Positions 8,499-19,692 of a stretch of 64,000 nucleotides of DNA are shown here, piece after piece (positions within the stretch are counted from its first letter, which is position 1; every line of letters starts with the position of its first letter). The position numbers were made by a program, and so were the translations under genes. The notes under the pieces were generated by a model. It ran no database searches, was not told the DNA's origin, and worked only from the letters and a program-made list of their open reading frames with translations. The DNA comes from Candidatus Multivoradales bacterium (GTDB taxonomy: Bacteria; Acidobacteriota; Thermoanaerobaculia; Multivoradales; J023), in NCBI GenBank assembly GCA_965248925.1, contig CBDFLE010000005.1, positions 416,001-480,000 on the forward strand. The letters run 5' to 3'.

Positions 8499-9349
8499 GC
8501 GGCTTTGGCGGTGTTAGACCAAGCCTGGCTCAGCGGCTTTTCAGGTGACAGGTTGCGAAGACGGTCATCATCGTCTTTGGCTTCGGCTGCTGCTACCACC
8601 CGCCGGTCGGAATTGCTCGGCGAGGCGGCCGTGTCGCGACTACAGATCGCGGTGGCCAATTGACTCGCCACCCAATCAGAGGGTGCGCCAAGCACTCGCA
8701 GTTCGCTTGCGACTTGTTGAGAGTTGTTGAGAGCCTTCGGCGAGTGCAGTAATTCCACCAAGTGCTCGACCCACGAAGGGCGGAAGCGCTCTTCGGCGAT
8801 CTCTCGCCCCTCCGGCCCCAATTCAATCTCCACCGTCCGGCCGACTCGTCTGCGAAGAATCAAATCGCCTTCTTCCAGCGTCCGCAGCAGATGGGAGAAG
8901 TTGGAGTCGGAGATACCCACTCGTTTCCGCAGGAGGGCGCGTTGGACAGGCCCATCTGCCGCCACCAGAATGCTCAGAATCTTCTCTCCGTGGCCAGAGG
9001 TGCCGCGCAGAAGGGTGTCGGTGAAGACCGGGTCAGAGCGCCGAGCTCCTTCGGTCAACAATTCGCAGTAGCCGTGCCAGGCGCCGTGGATGACGGGATC
9101 CAGGCCGCGAAGGACTTCTCCGACTTTGGAACTCAGCAGGCGAGCGAGCTGAAGAGCCTCGTCGAGTGCTTGGGCCCGAGTACCGACCTTGAGGAGCCAA
9201 AGCGCGCGCCCGATCAGCAGGCCATCGAGGGCATCGACCCGCTCACGGCGAGGATCGGCGACGAGCGCTTCGAAATCACCTCGAACCTCTGCGAAAGGAA
9301 CCTCTTGTAGGCCCGTAAGATCCAAACTCGGAAGAGAAGAATTCTGCAT
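8495..9349 (-). CDS. Winged helix-turn-helix (MarR/ArsR-like) domain protein with uncharacterised N-terminal helical region
   Basis: 'EKILSILVAADGPVQRALLRKRVGISDSNFSHLLRTLEEGDLILRRRVGRTVEIELGPEG'; stop overlaps the NLR start (ATGA); GGAG upstream. Confidence 0.75.
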   Translation of the reverse strand: MQNSSLPSLDLTGLQEVPFAEVRGDFEALVADPRRERVDALDGLLIGRALWLLKVGTRAQALDEALQLARLLSSKVGEVLRGLDPVIHGAWHGYCELLTEGARRSDPVFTDTLLRGTSGHGEKILSILVAADGPVQRALLRKRVGISDSNFSHLLRTLEEGDLILRRRVGRTVEIELGPEGREIAEERFRPSWVEHLVELLHSPKALNNSQQVASELRVLGAPSDWVASQLATAICSRDTAASPSNSDRRVVAAAEAKDDDDRLRNLSPEKPLSQAWSNTAKAA

Positions 9350-9463
9350 GGGTGCTCCAATCCGATGAGCAGCAGGGAGTAGCCGCTTGAAGAAAGCGGC
9401 AAGAGTCTGGTGATAATACTTGAATCCACTTTCAATTGTCTAGGGGACGGCAAGCACAGTCGA

Positions 9464-10948
9464 TCAGCGCAAGGCGAAGTAGAGGTAGCGCTCGGTGCGT
9501 TCGACGGTGGTCGAGCTGCCCCGCGGGGCAGTCAAGTCGGTCACCTTCTCCCTCCGCCCGGAGGGTCGATGATCGACTTCGGACCGCCGCTCCGAGCCCA
9601 ACCGGATAAAGCTCGATTGGTCCTTGTGCGCTTGCTTGGCGCCCTTACCTGTGGTTGCGAACCAGCGGTTGCAGACGAAGCTGCTCACCCACCTCTGTCG
9701 CCAGTACTGGCGGGCGGCCTCTCGATGTGCGCTGGTTGTCGGGCTGAGCGATGGCACTAGAAAGATGGTGCCGTGGCATTCGTTGAGGGAATTTCGGAGC
9801 GTGTCGTGAAACAGATCCAAACAGATCAGCGGTACCAGGTTGCCCAGTGGCGATTCGAGCACTGAGATGACATGACCTACATCCACTCTCTCGCCGATCT
9901 GGCCATCTGGGCGTTGGTGGATGAAATTGGTGAGTTTGCGATGGCGGTGCTGCTCTCTGCCATCAGGTCCGAGCAGGATGGCTTCGTTGAGGTCATTGTC
10001 CTTCTCAGATTGTGAGCGGTGGCAAGTACCGGCTAGGATCAGAAGGGGCCAGTTTGAGGACGGCGTCCCGGCAAGGTCTCGTTGGATGGCCGTGAGGGTC
10101 GCCGGGGGTATGGAAAGTTCCGGCAGGATCAAGAAGGTCGCTTCAAGCTGGCGGGCGATGCCGATCGCCTCCAGGGCCTCGGCGGTCAGATCATCTTCTT
10201 GCTCGACCTCTGCTAGACGAATCGGGTTAAAGCCGCCAGGCTTGGGGAGCGCTTCGGTCAAGCGGGCTCCGGTGTAGGTGATGTCCGTAGTGAAGGGCCA
10301 GAGTAGTACTGAGAAGTGCTTTCTTTCCCATTCTCTGAGCATCCGCAGATGTAGCTCAGGTGTTGCCCAAGCTCGTCGCCCCTGGCTGCTTCGGCCTTCG
10401 ATCCGCCGACCACGTATAGGTGCCGTCGGCACCGCCATGTGGAATGAGCAGTAAGGAAAGAGTGACAGGGCGTCGCCCTGCTTGACTGAAGGCGGATTTG
10501 AGCGGGGATTTTGGAGCAAGTGATCTGAAATCCAGTTATTTCGCGTCTTGAGCAGGAACGGGGCACCCTCCACCCCGGGGAGTTCCAAGCTGCCAAGAGC
10601 GCGCGGATGCTCTTGCCTCAGGTCCCTGTCGAGCCTCTTGAGCCAGCGCAGGGCCAGCAGGTCGAACTGGGTAGAGTCGGTGAGCAGGCCGCGAAGCTCA
10701 GAACTTGCTTTGGCGGCGTGATTTGGACAAGGGCCAGGGTGGCCGTACGGCTTGAGGGAGTGGGGCTCTTCCTCGAGTTCCCGGAGGTGGTTTTCCGTCT
10801 CGGCAAGCCCGCTGCGGCCGAAGAAATCCCACAGCAAGATGAAGACGCTGGCCGCGGTTGGCCTGGGAAGTTGATCGATCTGTCGCAGGAGTATTCGGCG
10901 AAACATACCAGGCAGCTTGAAGAGAAGCATAAAGGCCAAGTAGGGCAA
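9464..10948 (-). CDS. Carbon-nitrogen hydrolase (nitrilase-fold) protein with long N-terminal extension
   Basis: Catalytic triad motifs 'LILPELSIP' (E), 'HRHRKL' (K), 'PLICLD' (C), plus 'NEAILLGPDG' and 'FLVPSLS'; start uncertain (TTG 10948 or ATG 10930). Confidence 0.78.
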   Translation of the reverse strand: MPYLAFMLLFKLPGMFRRILLRQIDQLPRPTAASVFILLWDFFGRSGLAETENHLRELEEEPHSLKPYGHPGPCPNHAAKASSELRGLLTDSTQFDLLALRWLKRLDRDLRQEHPRALGSLELPGVEGAPFLLKTRNNWISDHLLQNPRSNPPSVKQGDALSLFPYCSFHMAVPTAPIRGRRIEGRSSQGRRAWATPELHLRMLREWERKHFSVLLWPFTTDITYTGARLTEALPKPGGFNPIRLAEVEQEDDLTAEALEAIGIARQLEATFLILPELSIPPATLTAIQRDLAGTPSSNWPLLILAGTCHRSQSEKDNDLNEAILLGPDGREQHRHRKLTNFIHQRPDGQIGERVDVGHVISVLESPLGNLVPLICLDLFHDTLRNSLNECHGTIFLVPSLSPTTSAHREAARQYWRQRWVSSFVCNRWFATTGKGAKQAHKDQSSFIRLGSERRSEVDHRPSGRREKVTDLTAPRGSSTTVERTERYLYFALR

Positions 10949-11052
10949 GCCCTATCAAATGGCTCAAAAGCAAGAAGAAAGCGCGAGGTTGTATCTTAGC
11001 AAATTCTTGGCAACTTACCGTTTTACCCTGCCTGCCCTAGCCCTCGTCTCCC

Positions 11053-13590
<2,538 letters not shown>

Positions 13591-13766
13591 GCTGTGACTC
13601 TCTCTCGGCTAGGGTCGACGAATTCTGGGAATCTTCTGTCCAGACTTGGTGGGTGGGGGCTCGGTCGTGGGAAGATTGGGCAGGATAGCAAGCGTGGTGC
13701 AATTGGGACAAGCCCACGCCGCGGGCTCCAGCGAACCGACCCGCCATCACCGATGACGCGAACCTC

Positions 13767-15383
13767 ATGACTCTCTTCGTCTCCAGACTGCCACCGCTGA
13801 GCCTGCTCTGTTTGACAGGCCTCGTGCTGGGGGTTTTCGCTGCCGGCTGGCCGATGGCCGAAGCGGCTACCGGCGAGGGGTCGTTCGTCGACTCTGTAGA
13901 GGTGCGAGTGGTGGAGATTCAGGTAGCCGTGCGGCAGCGGGGAAAGCACTTCGGTGGATTGGCAGCGGCGGATTTTCGCCTCCAAGTTGACCGTCGGCAG
14001 GTGGCGATCGATCACTTTGCCGAAGTCGGCTCCGGATCTGAGAGGGCTGCTGAGCCAGCGGCTACCGACTATTTGGTATTCATCGACGATTACTACTCGA
14101 TTAGCGCCGATCGCAACCGTCTATTGCGCAACCTGGCTGGTCAGTTAGCAGCTCTGGGTAAGGCTGACCGCTTGGCGTTGGTGGCTTTTGACGGTCGCAA
14201 GCTAGTGCAGCTGTGCCCTTGGAGTCGATCTCTGGATGAAATCCAGGCGGCCGTGGAGAGGGCCGTGCGGCGCCCCAGCTTTGGCCTGCGCCTAGTTGCC
14301 GAGCGGCGCCGTGTCGATGCCCTACGGGGCTCCTTGGACGGCGACCTGCGGCGTGATTTTGCCGGCATCGGTTTTCGCGGCAGCCGTCTTAGTCCCGGCA
14401 GCGGTCAGCTCGAGCCGTTTGGCACCGCGCCCCAGATGCGGCGGACGGTACGGGCCGCGGCAGCGGCTCTGCGGGCCTACGCGAGTCGCGACAATCGTCA
14501 AGTTCTGATGCTCTTGGCGGGTGCTTGGCCGGTGTGTGACGATCGTTTCGACGATGGCGGCTGCGACGGCGGTGGGCCGCTGGCTGATAGCTCGACCCTG
14601 CGCCGCTTGTTTGCCCCATTGATCGACGATGCCAACCGCCTGGGCTTCACCCTGTATCCGATCGACGCTGCCGGGATCGGGCGCAGTTTTGGCGGCGTGG
14701 GCGGTCGAGTCGGGGCGACGGTGGCGCGGCTGCGGGAGGATCGCTTTGAAGATGCTCTGGTCCAGCTGGCGGTTAAGACCGGCGGTCGTGCCTGGATCGA
14801 TGGCGGAGGGCTGCGCGCGCTGGAGCGCACCGCTGAGGATAGCCGCTCGTTCTACTCCCTGGGCTTCGTGCCCAACTGGCAAGCTGACGATAGCTCGCAC
14901 CGGCTTCGGGTCGAGGTTGCGGGGCGCGCTTTGCAAGTGCGGTCGCGGCGCGGCTTTTTCGACCTGTCGCGCTCCGCTGCTGTTGACCTGCGGGTCGAGC
15001 AGGCACAATTTTTTGAACGGCAAGTGGCCGGGGCGGGTGAGCTGGGAGTAGAACTTGGACCGCCGCGTGCGGCTGGCCGTGGGCGCCAGCTTCGCTCTCT
15101 GCTAGTACGTCTGCCGCTGGCGATGATCACTCTCACACCCGGCACAGCGGGTTGGAATGCCAAGCTTGAGCTGCGCGTTGCTGTCAGTAGCGCCAAGGGG
15201 CCACTCGACGATTTACCGATCACAACCCTCGAGGTGCGGCGTTCGGCGGCTCCCCGGCAAGGCGAGACCTGGGTCGGAGAAGGCGAGCTGCGCCTACCCC
15301 AAGACACTCGCCGGCTGTGGGTGACGGTTTTCGATCCGTTGTCCGGAGACCTTTTTTCTCGGCTGCTCGAAATCGTCCCCTAG
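13767..15383 (+). CDS. Exported VWA-domain protein (VWFA-related, Acidobacteria type)
   Basis: Signal peptide; 'VEVRVVEIQVAV', 'LVFIDD', 'YPIDAAG', 'LAVKTGG', 'YSLGF'. Confidence 0.8.
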   Translation: MTLFVSRLPPLSLLCLTGLVLGVFAAGWPMAEAATGEGSFVDSVEVRVVEIQVAVRQRGKHFGGLAAADFRLQVDRRQVAIDHFAEVGSGSERAAEPAATDYLVFIDDYYSISADRNRLLRNLAGQLAALGKADRLALVAFDGRKLVQLCPWSRSLDEIQAAVERAVRRPSFGLRLVAERRRVDALRGSLDGDLRRDFAGIGFRGSRLSPGSGQLEPFGTAPQMRRTVRAAAAALRAYASRDNRQVLMLLAGAWPVCDDRFDDGGCDGGGPLADSSTLRRLFAPLIDDANRLGFTLYPIDAAGIGRSFGGVGGRVGATVARLREDRFEDALVQLAVKTGGRAWIDGGGLRALERTAEDSRSFYSLGFVPNWQADDSSHRLRVEVAGRALQVRSRRGFFDLSRSAAVDLRVEQAQFFERQVAGAGELGVELGPPRAAGRGRQLRSLLVRLPLAMITLTPGTAGWNAKLELRVAVSSAKGPLDDLPITTLEVRRSAAPRQGETWVGEGELRLPQDTRRLWVTVFDPLSGDLFSRLLEIVP

Positions 15384-15479
15384 CTACCGGGTGAAGACTT
15401 ATGATGATGGCATGCTCTCCAACAGTTGCAGGAACCTAGCCGTTGACGACGCCCAGCGTGAGGAGCGGCACGGAGATTA

Positions 15480-17183
15480 ATGATGAGAAAGACTTCGCAC
15501 CAGACCTGGCACTTGTTTCGGCCGCTGTCGTTTCAGTCGCAATCGCTTCGAGGAGTGCGCTACTCCGTGCTCGGCATCCTGCTCTTGGCCACCGTCGGTT
15601 TGATCATGCCGGCCGCCGGCCAAGAGGAGTTGCCCGGAGTTTTCGGCGAGGTCGTCGACGTGCGGGTTGTCAACCTCGAAGTGGTGGTGACCGATAAGGA
15701 CGGAGTGCGGGTCGGTGGTTTAGGCGCGGACGATTTTCGCCTCACCGTGGACGGTGACGAAGTGACTGTCGAGTATTTCACCGAGGTGCTGGGCGGCTCG
15801 GCGGTAGACCAGGATCTGGCTGCCGGCGCGACCTTGCCGGCGTTGGCGCCGGGCGAGGACGTGGGCACCAGCTACTTGGTGTTCGTCGATGAATTCTTCA
15901 CTATTGCGCCGCATCGCAACCGGGTCTTCGATTCTCTGGTCGATCAGCTTCCCCTGTTGGGGCCTGAGGATCGCATGGCGGTGGTGGCATTCGACGGTAC
16001 CCGGTTGGAAATGTTGAGCAGTTGGAGCGGCTCGCAGTCAGCCCTCGAGCGGGTCTACCAAAAAGCCCGTGAGCGGCCCTCCCATGGCCTGAAACGGCGC
16101 GCCGAACGGCGGGTGTACGAGGCGAACCGCCGTTTTGGCGCCAGCAACGGGGGCTTGCCTGGGCTTTCTAGCCGTCTTGACATCGAGGAGCGGCAGCAGG
16201 TGGATCTGGTTCAGGGCCAAGTGCAGCGGGTGGTGTTGGCGGCGGCGGCGGCGCTGCGAGGGTTTGCCAACCCGCCGGGGCGCAAGGTCATGCTGTTGCT
16301 CTCTGGCGGCTGGCCTTACAACCCGGCAATGTGGGTCACCAGCGATCCGTCGCGGGCGATCTTCGCCGCCGGTTTCATCGACGGTCAGGACCTTTACCGG
16401 CCGTTGATCGAGACCGCCAATCGGCTCAGTTACACTCTCTATCCGGTCGATGTGCCGGGGGTGATCGAGTCGGGGATTAGCGCTGACAATCGTGGTCTCA
16501 CCGATCAGGTGGCGCAGGCCGATTTGCTGGTCGACCGTGAGCGGGAGGAGCAAACGGCGCTGATCCAGATCGCCACCAAAACGGGTGGACGGGCGCTGAT
16601 CAACGCCGCTAACAAGCATGCTCTTGAGATTGCCGTAGAAGATACTCGCAGCTACTATTGGCTCGGCTTCACCCCCAATTGGCGGGGCGACGACGAAGAG
16701 CATAAGGTGCGGGTGCGGCCGCGGCGCAAGGGTCTGAAAATGCGTTCGCGCAAGAGCTTCTCTGATCTGTCGCGCAATCGCGAGGTGACCATGATGGTCG
16801 AATCCTCGCTGCTATTTGGCAATCCTCCAAGCGCCTCGCCCCTGGGAGTCGAATTCAGCCGCGGCCGGCGTGCCGGCCACGGCAAGGCGTTGGTCTCGCT
16901 GAAAATCACCATCCCCCTGACAGAACTGACCTTCTTGCCCCAGGGAGATGAGTGGGTAGCTTCGACAGAGCTGCGCATCGCGGTGTTGGACGAGGACGGT
17001 TCGACCTCGGAAGTGCCAGTGATTCCGCTGCAAATGCGTGGCGCCGGACCGCCGGCGGCGGGAGCCACCGCGAGTTATTCGACGCAGGTGAGGATGCGCA
17101 AGAAACGCCACGACTTGGTGGTGTCGCTCTACGACGTTGCCTCGGGCAAGATTCTCTCTAATCGGTTGTCGGTGCATCCTTGA
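15480..17183 (+). CDS. Exported VWA-domain protein (VWFA-related), paralog of the upstream gene
   Basis: 'VDVRVVNLEVVVTDKDG', 'PGRKVMLLLSGG', 'IATKTGG', 'SYYWLGF'; true start probably slightly downstream. Confidence 0.85.
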   Translation: MMRKTSHQTWHLFRPLSFQSQSLRGVRYSVLGILLLATVGLIMPAAGQEELPGVFGEVVDVRVVNLEVVVTDKDGVRVGGLGADDFRLTVDGDEVTVEYFTEVLGGSAVDQDLAAGATLPALAPGEDVGTSYLVFVDEFFTIAPHRNRVFDSLVDQLPLLGPEDRMAVVAFDGTRLEMLSSWSGSQSALERVYQKARERPSHGLKRRAERRVYEANRRFGASNGGLPGLSSRLDIEERQQVDLVQGQVQRVVLAAAAALRGFANPPGRKVMLLLSGGWPYNPAMWVTSDPSRAIFAAGFIDGQDLYRPLIETANRLSYTLYPVDVPGVIESGISADNRGLTDQVAQADLLVDREREEQTALIQIATKTGGRALINAANKHALEIAVEDTRSYYWLGFTPNWRGDDEEHKVRVRPRRKGLKMRSRKSFSDLSRNREVTMMVESSLLFGNPPSASPLGVEFSRGRRAGHGKALVSLKITIPLTELTFLPQGDEWVASTELRIAVLDEDGSTSEVPVIPLQMRGAGPPAAGATASYSTQVRMRKKRHDLVVSLYDVASGKILSNRLSVHP

Positions 17184-17278
17184 TTGAGCTTGGGCCTATA
17201 ATGCGCCAGCTTGTGGCACCGGTGGTCGACTCTTAGAGGTCTGCCGCCGCTAGATTCACTTCTTCGAGAGAGCCTCCG

Positions 17279-18640
17279 ATGATGCGCGAATGGAGTCCTG
17301 ATTCTTGGCGCCGGCTGAGCGCCCAACAACAGCCGACCTACGCTGATAGCGCGGAACTTGAGCGCGTTTTCCAGCAACTCGCTGACCTGCCGCCGCTGGT
17401 TACCTCGTGGGAAATCGAGTCGCTCAGATCGCAGCTTGCTGAAGCTGCGGCCGGCCAGAGGTTTCTGCTGCAAGGCGGCGATTGTGCCGAGGTCTTCGAA
17501 GAGTGTCGGTCTTCGGTGATCGCCAATAAGCTGAAGATCTTGTTGCAGATGAGCTTGGTGTTGGTGCATGGGGGCAAACGGCGGGTGATTCGCGTCGGTC
17601 GCTTCGGCGGGCAGTACGCCAAACCGCGGTCGAGTGATTTCGAGACTCGCGAGGGCGTCAAGTTGCCCAGTTACCGCGGCGATCTGGTCAATGGCATCGC
17701 CTTTGATTGCGCCTCGCGGCGGCACGATCCCCAGCGCCTGTTGCGCGGCTATGAACGTTCTGCCCTGACCCTCAATTTCATTCGCTCGCTGATCGATGGT
17801 GGTTTTGCCGACCTGCACCACCCCGAGTATTGGGATGTGGATTTCGTCAAGCACTCGCCGCTGGCGGAGGAATATCAGCGGATGGTGGAGTCGATCGGCG
17901 ATTCGCTGCGCTTCATGGAGTCCCTAGCCGGCCGTCACGTGGGGCAAATCGATCGGGTCGATTTCTTCACTAGCCACGAGGGCCTGCTGTTGCACTACGA
18001 AGAAGCCCAGACCCGACAGGTGCCGCATCGCGAGGGCTGGTACAACTTGGCTGCCCACATGCCTTGGATCGGCATGCGCACTTTGAGCAGCGAAAGCGCG
18101 CATGTCGAGTATTTTCGTGGCATCGAGAACCCGATCGGCATGAAAGTCGGACCGGGCCTTGATCCGGCCGCTCTGGTCGAGCTGCTGAACTTGGTTAATC
18201 CGCGCAATGAGGCCGGTCGCATCACCCTGATCTGCCGCTTTGGAGCGGCCGGTATTGGTGCTGCCTTACCGCCCTTGATCGAGGCTGTAGAACGAGCCGG
18301 GAAGACGGTTCTATGGTGCTGCGATCCGATGCACGGCAACACCCAGAAAACTCGCGACGGCATCAAGACCCGACGTTTTGAAGACATTTTGAGCGAACTG
18401 GAAACCGCTTTCGAGATCCATGCCGAGCATGACACCTACCTGGGCGGCGTACATTGCGAACTCACCGGTGAGAACGTCACCGAATGCACCGGCGGCGCCC
18501 GTGGCTTGTCGGACGAAGGGCTCAGAGAGTCTTACCAGACCTTCGTCGATCCGCGGCTTAACTACGAGCAAGCCTTGGAAATTGCCATGATAATCGCCCG
18601 GCGAATGCAGCATATGAACAAGCGCAGCAAAGTCGGCTGA
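17279..18640 (+). CDS. Class II 3-deoxy-7-phosphoheptulonate (DAHP) synthase
   Basis: 'LQGGDCAE', 'GQYAKPRS', 'SYRGD', 'CDPMHGNT', 'DPRLN'. Confidence 0.95.
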   Translation: MMREWSPDSWRRLSAQQQPTYADSAELERVFQQLADLPPLVTSWEIESLRSQLAEAAAGQRFLLQGGDCAEVFEECRSSVIANKLKILLQMSLVLVHGGKRRVIRVGRFGGQYAKPRSSDFETREGVKLPSYRGDLVNGIAFDCASRRHDPQRLLRGYERSALTLNFIRSLIDGGFADLHHPEYWDVDFVKHSPLAEEYQRMVESIGDSLRFMESLAGRHVGQIDRVDFFTSHEGLLLHYEEAQTRQVPHREGWYNLAAHMPWIGMRTLSSESAHVEYFRGIENPIGMKVGPGLDPAALVELLNLVNPRNEAGRITLICRFGAAGIGAALPPLIEAVERAGKTVLWCCDPMHGNTQKTRDGIKTRRFEDILSELETAFEIHAEHDTYLGGVHCELTGENVTECTGGARGLSDEGLRESYQTFVDPRLNYEQALEIAMIIARRMQHMNKRSKVG

Positions 18641-18670
18641 CGCGGACCCCGCCCGAGGAGGAGAAAGGCA

Positions 18671-19636
18671 ATGTTGCGACAGGCTCGGTTCCTGGTTCTC
18701 ACCGTGTTGATGTTGTTTTCGTGGGCCTGTGGCCAGCAGGCCGAGCAAGCCTCGGTGCCTGGCAGCAGCGCCGAGCTGCCCGCTCCGCCTGCCTCTCCGC
18801 CGGTCTCTCTGCAAGCTGCTCTCGAGCAAGCGCTGGAGGTAGGGTGGCAGGATCTGCGTATCGACATCAGCCGTCGCGGGGATGCCGGCCTGGAGTTTCT
18901 CGAGATTTTCTCCAGCGGCGTAGCCATCTGGGATGGGGAGCGTCAGATCGTGCTGCCAGAGGGCGCGCTCCGGCAAGCTCTGGGTGCCTTTCACAAGAGC
19001 GGTTTTGCTGCGTTGCCAAGGCTGCTCGAGAGAGGTGGGGCGGAGGCCGCCAAACGGGTGCGATGCCGCGTTTTGATCGAGCTGGACGGAGCCAGCGAGG
19101 AAGTCATCCTGTTGAAGAAGGAAGCACCGATGGAGGCTTTGCTGACCCTTGCCGACGACCTTTTCGCGCTGGCTCGGCCGGCGGTTGCGGAGGGCCGTGG
19201 CGCGGCGGATCTGGCGACCGGTCTAGAGCTGGTGGCGGCTGGCGAGCTGGCGCCGGAAGTTCTGCGCTTGCTGGCCCATCGCAAACCCGAACTTGGCCAG
19301 CAGGGAGAGGGCTGGGTGCTCAATATCCGTGGGGCTCGGGCTACCGTCCGGCGGTTCTCCTCGACTTCTGGCTACGGTCCACCGCAGCCGCTGGAGCTAT
19401 CCACCGAGCAGTTGGTGGAACTCAGTCGGGCGCTCGGCGCCGCCCGCTTCTGGGAACTGCCCACCAATGTGGTGGCTGCGGGCTACAGCGAACTCAAAGT
19501 GAGCCTGTTCAATCATCAGTCGGCGGTGGTGGCGCGCACCTTTTCCGGCCGCGATGCCGCCGAAGAGGTCGAGAATCGGAGCCGGCTGGAGAGCTGTTTC
19601 GCCATTCTCGATCGCTTCCTCGAAGAGTCGGACTAG
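18671..19636 (+). CDS. Hypothetical lipoprotein with an apparent internal duplication
   Basis: Lipobox-like 'FSWAC'; two similar segments ending 'SGFAALP' and 'ARFWELP'. Confidence 0.65.
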   Translation: MLRQARFLVLTVLMLFSWACGQQAEQASVPGSSAELPAPPASPPVSLQAALEQALEVGWQDLRIDISRRGDAGLEFLEIFSSGVAIWDGERQIVLPEGALRQALGAFHKSGFAALPRLLERGGAEAAKRVRCRVLIELDGASEEVILLKKEAPMEALLTLADDLFALARPAVAEGRGAADLATGLELVAAGELAPEVLRLLAHRKPELGQQGEGWVLNIRGARATVRRFSSTSGYGPPQPLELSTEQLVELSRALGAARFWELPTNVVAAGYSELKVSLFNHQSAVVARTFSGRDAAEEVENRSRLESCFAILDRFLEESD

Positions 19637-19692
19637 CCTTCGGGCGCGGCAGATTCAGGGCTGACTAGTAGGGTAGCGTGCCCTGCGGAGGC

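Noticed and set aside
3277-11045. GGCTAGGGC / GCCCTAGCC inverted match at both ends of the NLR block as transposon ends
   Set aside because: Only 9 bp in GC-rich DNA, with no transposase and no TSD; likely chance
13591-13766. T-box leader upstream of leuS
   Set aside because: No T-box consensus or terminator/antiterminator; the region is short and shared with a divergent gene
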